Of a DNA stretch of 60,088 bases, positions 37,099-45,877 are shown piece after piece. Numbering within the stretch: the stretch's first letter is position 1; the number at the start of each line of letters is the position of its first letter. Under the pieces are notes generated by a model, which saw nothing but the letters and a program-made list of their open reading frames with translations, was not told where the DNA came from and did not search any database. Source of the DNA: Oscillospiraceae bacterium (GTDB lineage Bacteria > Bacillota > Clostridia > Oscillospirales > Ruminococcaceae); the NCBI GenBank assembly GCA_020024185.1, contig JAHHUD010000001.1:1-60088 (forward strand), in the 5' to 3' direction. The translations under genes and the position numbers were made by a program.

Positions 37099-38019
37099 TT
37101 ATTCATCTCCTTTTTCAAGGCTGAAAAGTGTGTTTGAAAATTCTTTTGCATCAAAGAATAACAAGTCATCGATACTTTCACCAACACCCACAAAACGCAC
37201 TGGAATACCAAGTTTTTTCTTTATAGAAATAACACTGCCACCTTTGGCTGTGCCGTCAAGTTTTGTAAGAATAATACCTGTTGCCTCTGCTGCTGAAATA
37301 AATTCTTTTGCCTGAAAAATAGCATTTTGTCCTGTAATAGCTTCCAAAACAAGCAAAGTTTCAACACTTGCAGTTTCGCTTGCTTTTCTGATTACTCTTG
37401 TTATTTTGCTAAGCTCTGCCATAAGATTTTTCTTGTTGTGCAGTCTGCCTGCTGTATCGCAGATAACAATATCATAATTTTCGTTTTTAGCTTTCTCAAC
37501 AGCTTCAAATATAACAGAAGATGGGTCTGCACCTTCGTCTTTCATTACAATATCAACGCCACTTCTTTCTGCCCACTGGTTAAGCTGGCTTGCTGCTGCT
37601 GCACGGAATGTATCACCTGCTGCAAGCAAAACTTTTTTACCCTGTTTTTTATAAAGATTTGCAAGTTTGCCTATTGATGTTGTCTTACCAACACCATTTA
37701 CACCTATTACAAGTATAACTGCCGGCTGTCCGGATAAATCAAATTCTTTATCTGTTCCAAGCAAATCTTCGATAATTTCACGCATTATAACAACAACTTC
37801 TTCACCTGTTTTTGCTTTGCGTTTTCTTGCTTGTGATTTAAGTTGGTCACAAAGATATTCACTTACATCATAACCAACATCAGCCATTATAAGCTGTTCG
37901 AGCAATTCATCATAAAGTTCATCTGTTAAAGGAGTAGAAATAATTGTCTTTGTGATAGAGTCAAATATACTTTCCTTTGTTTTTTTAAGGCCAATGCCTA
38001 ATTTTTCAAAAAATCCCAT
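37099..38019 (-). CDS. ftsY: Signal recognition particle receptor FtsY
   Basis: NG domain: GVNGVGKTTSIGKLA, DTFRAAA, DTAGRLHNK, TKLDGTAKGG. Confidence 0.97.
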   Translation of the reverse strand: MGFFEKLGIGLKKTKESIFDSITKTIISTPLTDELYDELLEQLIMADVGYDVSEYLCDQLKSQARKRKAKTGEEVVVIMREIIEDLLGTDKEFDLSGQPAVILVIGVNGVGKTTSIGKLANLYKKQGKKVLLAAGDTFRAAAASQLNQWAERSGVDIVMKDEGADPSSVIFEAVEKAKNENYDIVICDTAGRLHNKKNLMAELSKITRVIRKASETASVETLLVLEAITGQNAIFQAKEFISAAEATGIILTKLDGTAKGGSVISIKKKLGIPVRFVGVGESIDDLLFFDAKEFSNTLFSLEKGDE

Positions 38020-38028
38020 AATTACCTC

Positions 38029-41000
38029 TTAGTTAATCAATGATGGAGAAATATTGTTTACATCAAGTTTAAGCAATTTTGAAATACCGTCATCTTGCAT
38101 TGTAACACCATACAACACATCTGCTGATTCCATTGTGCCACGACGGTGTGTAATAACTATGAACTGTGTAAAGTCTGAAATATTATGAATATAATTTGCA
38201 TATCTGGTAACATTTGCATCGTCCAAAGCAGCTTCAATTTCGTCCAAAATACAAAATGGTGATGGATTATGTGCCAAAATTGCAAAATAAATTGAAATAG
38301 CTACAAGTGACTGCTCACCACCGGAAAGTGCAGCAAGACTTTTTATAACTTTACCCGGTGGGCTAACTTGAATATCAACACCACTTTCCAAAATATTTTC
38401 TGGGTCAGTGAGAATAAGCTGTGCAGAGCCACCACCAAAAAGTTCTCTGAATATTCTGTCAAAGTTTTTATTTATGAAATGGAAGCTTTCTGCAAACAAA
38501 GCTTTCATCTCTCCATTAAGACTTGCTATAAGTTTAGAAAGTTGCTGTTTTGAATCTTCCAAATCTTTCAGTTGTGATTTTAAGAAATTATATTTTTCAG
38601 ATACTTCTTTATATTCTTCAATAGCACTTACATTTACATTGCCTAGACGTTTAATTGCATTTTTCACTGCTGAAAGGTCTTTTCTTAGCTGATTTTCGTC
38701 ATCAAATTCAACCGCAAACTGACTAGCTGTCTGGACAGTAAGTTCATATTCTTCCCAAAGTTTTTGGATTATGTCATCATAAACAGTTTCCATATTGGTA
38801 ATTTTCTCACCAATTTTTGTTATCTGATTAGATAATCCGATTTTTTCTTCATTGAGAGTTTTAATTTCTGTATTTATTTTTGTTCTTTCTTGCTCAATTT
38901 CAAATCTTAGCTTAATAAAGTCTTTGCTCTGTTCCTCTATATTTTTAATACTATTTTTAAGCTGTAAAACAGACTCTATAATTTGCTGAACATTATTTTT
39001 TCTTTGTTCAATTCTGTTTTCAATTTCTTTAATATTGTTTATTATATTTTGTTTTTTCTCTTGACTATTTTGGCTTTGTTGACAAAGTTGGTTAAAGTTA
39101 TTTTCCAAAAGTGAAATATCACCGCTAATTTTAACAATATCAAGTTTTACTTGCTGTAATTGTATATTGAGTTGATTTTGTTTTTCCTGTGCATTTTCAT
39201 CAACTTTACCAATACTTTCAATTTCATCAATAACTTTTGCAAGATTTTCTTCACATTCTTTAATTGTATTGTTGAAAACTTTTTCTCTTTCAGTATTAGA
39301 TTTAATAACATTATTTGCATTTTTAATAATGTTTTCATACATTTCTATACTGTTTTCATACTGAGTTGCCTGTTGCGTAAACTTTGCAAGTTCAATATTA
39401 CAATCATTTTTGTCATTTTGTAATATTTCTATCTCTGCATCGCAACCTTCAATTTGACTGTTTAATAAATCAGCTTCTTGTTTGATTTTATCTGCCTGTC
39501 TAACAATTTCTTCTTCATCTGCTTTAAGCTTTTCAAGATATTCTTTGAGTTTCTCAATCTCTCCTTTACGAGAGAAAAGCCCTGCACTTTTGTTCATACT
39601 ACCACCTGTAAATGAACCGCCGGCATTTATCTGCTGTCCGTCCATAGTTACAATTTTAAAGCGATAGTTAAGCTGTTTTGCAAGTTTTGATGCCATATTT
39701 ATATCTTGTGTAATAATTGTTCTTGCAAGCAAATTTGAAATGATATTATTATACCTGCTGTCAGCAGTAATAACTTTATCTGCTGTTGTTGCCCATTCAG
39801 GCAATTTTTCATTAAATAAAGCTGGCTTAACTGTATCCAATGGCAAAAATGTTGCTCTGCCACCCTTATTTGTTTTAAGATATTCAATTGCATGTTTTGC
39901 AGCAGTTTCATTTTCAACAACAATGTTCTGCAACGCATATCCCAAAGCAATTTCAACTGCTGTTTCATAACCTTTTTTTACATCAATAAGCTGTGCAACA
40001 GTGCCTTCTATACCCTGTAAAGCACCTTTTTTACCCATGTTAAGAACTGTTTTAACACTGTGCTGAAAACCTTCAAGGTTATTTTCCATATCAGTAAGCA
40101 ATCTAATTCTGTTTTGAGTATCACGCTGTTTTTCACTGTTTTGATTTTGATTAAAATTAGATTTTGAAAGTTTTTCTTTTACTGATGACAGTTTTATTGC
40201 TATACCGTTTTTTATATTTATATTTTTGTTAATGTTTTCATCAGCATCATCAATAAATCCTTTAAGCTCATTAATTTGACTATTAACACTTGAAAGATAA
40301 TTTTTTGTAGTTTCTATATCTTTTTGAGCTTTTTCAGATGTTTGCATAACAGATTGATTTTGTGTTTGAATTCCCACAAGGTTCATTCTGCTATCTTGTA
40401 TTTTTGCTTTTAATTGATTTTCTTTTTCAATTAAAGTACCTTTTTGACTATCAGATGATTTTGCATTTTCTGTAATAACACCAATATCTTTTTCCAATTT
40501 TTCTTGTTTTGAAAAAAGCTGTTGTTTCTCATCTTTTTTATTTTCAATATCTTTTATTATAGCTTGCTTTTGATTTTCTGTTTGTTCTTGAGATTGAGAA
40601 AAAAGATTAAGTTCATTATTAAGTTCTGAAATTTTTTGAACATCATATTGTTCTTGGTTTTCAAGAACAGCTTTTTCGGCATTTTTATCAGCAATTGTCT
40701 GTTCAGTATTTCTTATTTCAGTTTGGTTTAATTCGCCTTTTCTAATAAGGTCATTACTTTCAAAATATCTTTTTTCTATGTATTCCTCTTTTTTCTTTAT
40801 ACTGTCTTGAACACAGTCAAAATCAGACTGAAAAATTTCCATTTTTCTTTGCTGTTCACGAATAAGAGCTTTATTTTTTTCGACAGTAGAAAGCCACAAA
40901 GAAATTTCCATTTCTTTTTTCTTTTCAGAAAGTGCTACAAATTCTTTTGCTTTTTCACTTTCTTTTTCAAGAGGTCCAACACGCTCTTCAAGACCTATAA

Positions 41001-41586
41001 GAATATCCATAAGACGCACAATATTTTCTTGTGCACTATTTAATTTTTTCTCTGCCTCATTTTTTTTGTATCTAAACTTTGATATACCAGATGCTTCTTC
41101 AAAAATTTCTCGTCTATTTTCTGGCTTTGATGTTACAATTTGGCTTATTTTACCCTGTCCAACAATAGAATATCCGCTTTTACCAAGCCCTGTATCCAAA
41201 AATAATTCATAAATATCTTTAAGTCTTACACGGTTGGAATTTATAAAATATTCGCCTTCTCCACCACGATAATATTTTCTTGTAACAATAACTTCATCTG
41301 TATCCATATCAAAGCTTCGGTCAGTGTTATCAAGAACAAGGCTTACACTTGCAAATCCCATAGGCCCACGATGACTTGTACCACCAAAAATGATATCTTC
41401 CATCTTGCCTGTTGCACGAAGTTCTTTACCACTGGTTTCACCCAAAACCCAGCGAATAGCATCGCTTATATTACTTTTACCACTTCCGTTTGGTCCAATA
41501 ACTGCTGTCATACCCTTGTCAAAGGTTATTCTTGTTTTATCCGGAAATGATTTAAAACCATAAAGTTCTATTGCTTTTAAATACAC
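38029..41586 (-). CDS. smc: Chromosome partition protein SMC
   Basis: Walker A GPNGSGKSN, long coiled coils, hinge (GIEGTVAQLIDV...), signature LSGGEQSL, Walker B ILDEIEAALD. 1185 aa. Confidence 0.98.
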   Translation of the reverse strand: MYLKAIELYGFKSFPDKTRITFDKGMTAVIGPNGSGKSNISDAIRWVLGETSGKELRATGKMEDIIFGGTSHRGPMGFASVSLVLDNTDRSFDMDTDEVIVTRKYYRGGEGEYFINSNRVRLKDIYELFLDTGLGKSGYSIVGQGKISQIVTSKPENRREIFEEASGISKFRYKKNEAEKKLNSAQENIVRLMDILIGLEERVGPLEKESEKAKEFVALSEKKKEMEISLWLSTVEKNKALIREQQRKMEIFQSDFDCVQDSIKKKEEYIEKRYFESNDLIRKGELNQTEIRNTEQTIADKNAEKAVLENQEQYDVQKISELNNELNLFSQSQEQTENQKQAIIKDIENKKDEKQQLFSKQEKLEKDIGVITENAKSSDSQKGTLIEKENQLKAKIQDSRMNLVGIQTQNQSVMQTSEKAQKDIETTKNYLSSVNSQINELKGFIDDADENINKNINIKNGIAIKLSSVKEKLSKSNFNQNQNSEKQRDTQNRIRLLTDMENNLEGFQHSVKTVLNMGKKGALQGIEGTVAQLIDVKKGYETAVEIALGYALQNIVVENETAAKHAIEYLKTNKGGRATFLPLDTVKPALFNEKLPEWATTADKVITADSRYNNIISNLLARTIITQDINMASKLAKQLNYRFKIVTMDGQQINAGGSFTGGSMNKSAGLFSRKGEIEKLKEYLEKLKADEEEIVRQADKIKQEADLLNSQIEGCDAEIEILQNDKNDCNIELAKFTQQATQYENSIEMYENIIKNANNVIKSNTEREKVFNNTIKECEENLAKVIDEIESIGKVDENAQEKQNQLNIQLQQVKLDIVKISGDISLLENNFNQLCQQSQNSQEKKQNIINNIKEIENRIEQRKNNVQQIIESVLQLKNSIKNIEEQSKDFIKLRFEIEQERTKINTEIKTLNEEKIGLSNQITKIGEKITNMETVYDDIIQKLWEEYELTVQTASQFAVEFDDENQLRKDLSAVKNAIKRLGNVNVSAIEEYKEVSEKYNFLKSQLKDLEDSKQQLSKLIASLNGEMKALFAESFHFINKNFDRIFRELFGGGSAQLILTDPENILESGVDIQVSPPGKVIKSLAALSGGEQSLVAISIYFAILAHNPSPFCILDEIEAALDDANVTRYANYIHNISDFTQFIVITHRRGTMESADVLYGVTMQDDGISKLLKLDVNNISPSLIN

Positions 41587-41601
41587 TTATATTCCCCTTG
41601 C

Positions 41602-42603
41602 TTATATTGTATGCAAAATAAATTGTCCTTTTTTTATCTGTTCATCTGCTTGTATTTGTGCATTATATCCAAGCTGTGACAATCTATGTATATTTGTGTT
41701 TTTCTGTCCTTTCCATTGTGAAAGTTCTTTTGCGTTAACTTTTATTATAATATTTTTATTATTAACATTTGTTAACTTACCTTTAATTTTCTCAAAGCAT
41801 AACTTTGAAATACAAAGTTCCCTGAAAGCAGGATGATAAGGTCCTGCAATAATTTTTTCTTCCATACCGTTATCGGCATGAAGTCCCATTTTTATAATCT
41901 TTATATTGTTTTGGTTAAATATATCCATAAGCCTTGCACATATATCCACTGTATCTTCCAAAGATGGTGGAATATATTCTCCACTTAAAAACTTTTGTTC
42001 TAATAAAGTATTTTTAAGCGTAACTGTTGGATAAATTCTTACTGTATCCGGTTTTAATTTCACAAATTTATTTGCTGTATCAATGGCATATTCCATATAA
42101 TCTTTTTGTCCATAAAGTCCGGTCATCATCTGTAAACCAAGTGAAAATCCATATTCTTTTATAAGCTTAGACGCATTTTCCACATCAGCTTGAGTATGCC
42201 CTCTATGATTTATCATAAGCACATCGTCCTGCATACTTTGTGCACCAAGCTCTATACTTGTAACGCCATATGTTTTTAAAATTTCCAAAATCTCTTTATC
42301 AATACAGTCCGGTCTTGTTGAAATTCTTATTCCGCTTGCTCTGCCTAATTTTACAAAGCTAAATGCAACTTGTAAAAGCGAAATCATATAACTTCTTTCA
42401 ATTGCTGTAAAACTTCCTCCAAAAAAAGCAATCTCATAATCTTTGCCATTTTCTTTTGGTAAAAACTGTTCACATATATCAAAAACTTCTTGTGGAGTTG
42501 GTGGATTTTGTTTTCCGCTTATACTTCTCTGGTCACAAAAAGAACATTGATTTGGACATCCCTCATGAGGGACAAAGATTGATAAATTCTTATGTTTATT
42601 CAT
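41602..42603 (-). CDS. Radical SAM protein (ELP3/MiaB/NifB-like, function unknown)
   Basis: N-terminal FVPHEGCPNQCSFCDQ (CxxxCxxC). 333 aa, with no acetyltransferase domain. Sits between rnc and smc. Confidence 0.8.
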   Translation of the reverse strand: MNKHKNLSIFVPHEGCPNQCSFCDQRSISGKQNPPTPQEVFDICEQFLPKENGKDYEIAFFGGSFTAIERSYMISLLQVAFSFVKLGRASGIRISTRPDCIDKEILEILKTYGVTSIELGAQSMQDDVLMINHRGHTQADVENASKLIKEYGFSLGLQMMTGLYGQKDYMEYAIDTANKFVKLKPDTVRIYPTVTLKNTLLEQKFLSGEYIPPSLEDTVDICARLMDIFNQNNIKIIKMGLHADNGMEEKIIAGPYHPAFRELCISKLCFEKIKGKLTNVNNKNIIIKVNAKELSQWKGQKNTNIHRLSQLGYNAQIQADEQIKKGQFILHTI

Positions 42604-42620
42604 AGTGTCCCTCCTAAATT

Positions 42621-43292
42621 CTAATACTTAAAACTATATCCCATAAGAACCAACGCTTCTTTTGCTGCTTGTTGTTCTGCCTGTTTTTTGCTTCTTCCCA
42701 CACCTTTTCCTATTGGGTTTGAATTAAGGTGAACTTCCACAGTAAAGCTTTTATCATGGTCCGGCCCATTTTCATCAACTACAATATAGCTCAATCTTTC
42801 ACCAGGATTTTTTTGTATAATTTCTTGCAAAACTGTTTTAAAATCCTGCAAATGCAAATCTGTATCATTTAAAAATCTTAGAATAAACGGTTTTGCACTT
42901 TCAATGCCACCATCAAGAAATATTGCACCTATAACAGCTTCAAATGCGTCTGCCAAAATTGATGGACGCTCTCTTCCTCCGGTACTTTCTTCTCCTTTAC
43001 CCAAAAACAAAAAATTTCCCATTTCTATTTGTTTTGAATAAACAGCAAGTGCTTCTTCACAAACAAGAGATGCTCGTTTTTTGCTCATTTTACCTTCAGG
43101 CATATCTGGATTTTCAGTATAAAGCTTTTCACTTGTTACAAGCTGCAAAACTGCATCACCCAAAAATTCAAGTCTTTCGTTATACTGTGTGTGTCCTTTA
43201 GTTTCATTTGCATAAGAAGAGTGAGTAAGTGCAAGTTTTAGCAAATCTTTATTTTTAAATGTATATCCGATATTATCTTCAAATCTGGTCAT
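42621..43292 (-). CDS. rnc: Ribonuclease III
   Basis: RNase III signature ERLEFLGDAVL and a C-terminal dsRBD (GRSKKQAEQQAAKEAL). Confidence 0.97.
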   Translation of the reverse strand: MTRFEDNIGYTFKNKDLLKLALTHSSYANETKGHTQYNERLEFLGDAVLQLVTSEKLYTENPDMPEGKMSKKRASLVCEEALAVYSKQIEMGNFLFLGKGEESTGGRERPSILADAFEAVIGAIFLDGGIESAKPFILRFLNDTDLHLQDFKTVLQEIIQKNPGERLSYIVVDENGPDHDKSFTVEVHLNSNPIGKGVGRSKKQAEQQAAKEALVLMGYSFKY

Positions 43293-44297
43293 TTATTCTT
43301 CATCTCCATCCACTATTGAATTTGCAATAATTTGTGAGATATCGTTTTCGGCGTATATTTTTGCCTGTCTTATTGCATTTTTAAATGCTTTTGCGTTGCT
43401 GGAGCCATGAGCTTTAATAACTCCTTTTGAAACACCAAGAATAGGTGCACCGCCATATTCTGTATAGTCCATTTTAGCTTTAAACTTTTTAAGCTGGTCT
43501 TTTATCAAAAGAGCGGCAATTTTTGTTTTAAGGTTTGTCATAAACATACCTTTCATCTCTTTTGTTATAAATGAGGCAACACCTTCACTTACTTTAAGAG
43601 CAATATTACCGGAAAAACCGTCTGCAACAACAACATCGGCAGTGTCATTTAAAACATATCTGCCCTCTATATTTCCAATAAAGTTTATATTTTTATTTGC
43701 TTTCATCAGCTTATGAGCTTCAATATGAATTTCTGTGCCTTTTGTTTCTTCTGCACCGTTATTTAAAAGTGCAACACGAGGATTTTTTCTGTTTGCAACT
43801 TTTTCCATATAAACACTGCCCATAACAGCAAACTGATTTAACATATTTGGTCTTACTTCGCTATTTGCACCACAGTCTATAAGCATAAACCCATTTGGAT
43901 TTTCACAAGGCATAACTGTTGCAAGTGTTGCTCTTTTTACACCTTTAATTCTCTTTACGATAAATGTTGCACCCATCAAAAGCGCCCCTGTACTTCCGGC
44001 AGACACAACAGCGTCACCCAAACCGTCTGCCAAGGCTTTAAGTGCAATATGCAAAGAAGTATCTTTACGTTTTTTTACAACGTCCATTGGTTCTTCTTCC
44101 ATGCCAAAAACGCTGTCTGCCTGCAAAAATTCCATACCGTCAGTAGAAATATTGTTTTCTTTACAAACTTGTTCCATTTTTTTCACATCGCCAACAGCCA
44201 AAATTTCTATTCCGTATTCTTTTATTGCTTCAGCTGCACCTTGAAGTGGTGCTAATGGAGCATGGTCTCCGCCAAACGCGTCTATAATAATTTTCAT
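43293..44297 (-). CDS. plsX: Phosphate acyltransferase PlsX
   Basis: MKIIIDAFGGDHAP N-terminus and full-length PlsX pattern. AAGGAGG RBS. Its stop abuts the rnc start. Confidence 0.96.
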   Translation of the reverse strand: MKIIIDAFGGDHAPLAPLQGAAEAIKEYGIEILAVGDVKKMEQVCKENNISTDGMEFLQADSVFGMEEEPMDVVKKRKDTSLHIALKALADGLGDAVVSAGSTGALLMGATFIVKRIKGVKRATLATVMPCENPNGFMLIDCGANSEVRPNMLNQFAVMGSVYMEKVANRKNPRVALLNNGAEETKGTEIHIEAHKLMKANKNINFIGNIEGRYVLNDTADVVVADGFSGNIALKVSEGVASFITKEMKGMFMTNLKTKIAALLIKDQLKKFKAKMDYTEYGGAPILGVSKGVIKAHGSSNAKAFKNAIRQAKIYAENDISQIIANSIVDGDEE

Positions 44298-44364
44298 AAT
44301 TTGTTATCCTCCTTTACTAAAGGATTATGTATATTAATTTTATTTCGGTAACTTTTACCTCATT

Positions 44365-44406
44365 TACTGCAATACTGATAGTCGTTTTATGTTTTATATT
44401 GCAGTA
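44365..44406 (-). other. 10-bp perfect inverted repeat (hairpin) in the plsX leader
   Basis: TACTGCAATA (44365-44374) and TATTGCAGTA (44397-44406) with a 22-nt loop. No U-tract after it on the minus strand. Confidence 0.45.
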
Positions 44407-44444
44407 TAGACAAAATTGTGTAATTTTTGTTCGTAATATTACTA

Positions 44445-44473
44445 ATAGTATTAAATCAGCATTTTATTTGCAA
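44445..44473 (-). promoter_or_regulatory. Candidate plsX promoter with a palindrome overlapping the -10
   Basis: Minus strand TTGCAA (44468-44473), 17 nt, TACTAT (44445-44450). The palindrome TACTA-N-TAGTA (44440-44450) covers the -10. Confidence 0.4.
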
Positions 44474-44584
44474 TAGTTTCATTTATAATAATCTTCATAA
44501 ATATTACTGCTCTTTTTACATATTTTATTATACATTGTTTTGTGCTGTAATCTCTATATTTTTATAAACTAAAACATTTCGCCA

Positions 44585-45877
44585 TTAAATTTTGATTTTT
44601 TCAATAGAAGCTTTGCCACGTTGTGCAAAAGCCATATATCTTTCTCTTTTATCTCTTATATGAGTTTCCAAAGAAGGCAATATACCCATATTAGAACCCA
44701 TAGGTTGAAAATCTTTATTTTCTGTTGTGATGTATTGTAATAAAGCCCCAACCATTGTTGTATTATCCGGTATCTGTGGTTCTTTTTCAGTAATATGACA
44801 GTATACAAAATATGCAGCAAGCAAGCCACACATAGCACTTTCTGTATAACCTTCCATACCTGTTATCTGCCCTGCAAAGTATACGTTTGGGTATTCTTTA
44901 AGATTAAGTGTTTTATTTAAAACTTTTGGTGAGTTGATAAAGCTGTTTCTGTGCATTACTCCGTATCTTACAAACTCTGCATTTTCAAGACCTGGTATCA
45001 TACTGAAAACTCTTTTTTGCTCTCCAAATTTTAAGTTTGTCTGAAATCCAACTATATTATACATAGTTTTTTCTGCATCTTCACAACGCAGTTGAACATT
45101 TGCCCATGGTCTTCTGTCTGTTCTTGGGTCTTTAAGTCCAACCGGTCTCATTGGTCCAAAACGCATTGTGTCTGGCCCTCGTTGAGCCATAACTTCAATT
45201 GGCATACAACCTTCATAAACTGTAAGATTTTGGTCAAAGCTTTTAAGTGGTGCTCTTTCAGCTGTTGAAAGTGCTTGATAAAAAGCTTCATATTCTTCTT
45301 TGTTAAAAGGACAGTTTAGATAATCGTCATCGCCTTTATCATATCGGCTTTGAGCAAAAACTTTGTCCATATCAATTGTATTTGCCATAACAATAGGAGC
45401 AGCAGCATCATAAAAGGACATACCGTCTCCACACATTGATTTAATATTTTCATAAAGAGTTCCACTTGTAAGTGGGCCTGTTGCAACTATTGTTATTTCG
45501 TCTGTATTTATATGTGTAACTTCACCATAAACGAGTTCAATATTCTCGTGTGATTTAATTTTATCAGTTATATATTGACTAAATAAATCTCTGTCAACTG
45601 CAAGAGCCCCACCAGCCGGAACACTGCATTTATATCCTGCCTCCAAAACCAAAGAGCCAAAATGCTTCATTTCATATTTTAGCATACCTTGGCTTGAATC
45701 CTCTCTCATTGATTTAAGTGAGTTTGAGCAAACAAGTTCTGCAAAATTTTGTGATTTATGAGCATCTGAGTATTTTTCTGGTTTTTGCTCAAAAAGCTTA
45801 ACTTTAATTCCTTTATTCGCCAGAAAGTAAGCCGCCTCGCAACCTGCAAGACCTGCACCTAAAATATTAACCTTCAT
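44585..45877 (-). CDS. trmFO: Methylenetetrahydrofolate--tRNA-(uracil-5-)-methyltransferase TrmFO
   Basis: FAD motif ILGAGLAGCEAA and full-length Gid/TrmFO pattern. Follows topA, as in Bacillus. Confidence 0.95.
   Translation of the reverse strand: MKVNILGAGLAGCEAAYFLANKGIKVKLFEQKPEKYSDAHKSQNFAELVCSNSLKSMREDSSQGMLKYEMKHFGSLVLEAGYKCSVPAGGALAVDRDLFSQYITDKIKSHENIELVYGEVTHINTDEITIVATGPLTSGTLYENIKSMCGDGMSFYDAAAPIVMANTIDMDKVFAQSRYDKGDDDYLNCPFNKEEYEAFYQALSTAERAPLKSFDQNLTVYEGCMPIEVMAQRGPDTMRFGPMRPVGLKDPRTDRRPWANVQLRCEDAEKTMYNIVGFQTNLKFGEQKRVFSMIPGLENAEFVRYGVMHRNSFINSPKVLNKTLNLKEYPNVYFAGQITGMEGYTESAMCGLLAAYFVYCHITEKEPQIPDNTTMVGALLQYITTENKDFQPMGSNMGILPSLETHIRDKRERYMAFAQRGKASIEKIKI

Noticed and set aside
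37098-37211. N-terminal extensions in the track ORFs (rdgB to 37211, DUF512 to 23519, THUMP to 59309, trmH to 49875, nadD to 36186, dprA to 49105, infC to 51186, permease to 2601)
   Set aside because: In each case an internal start codon has a properly spaced GGAG-type RBS, and the encoded N-terminus matches the family. The extensions would overlap upstream genes or lack an RBS.
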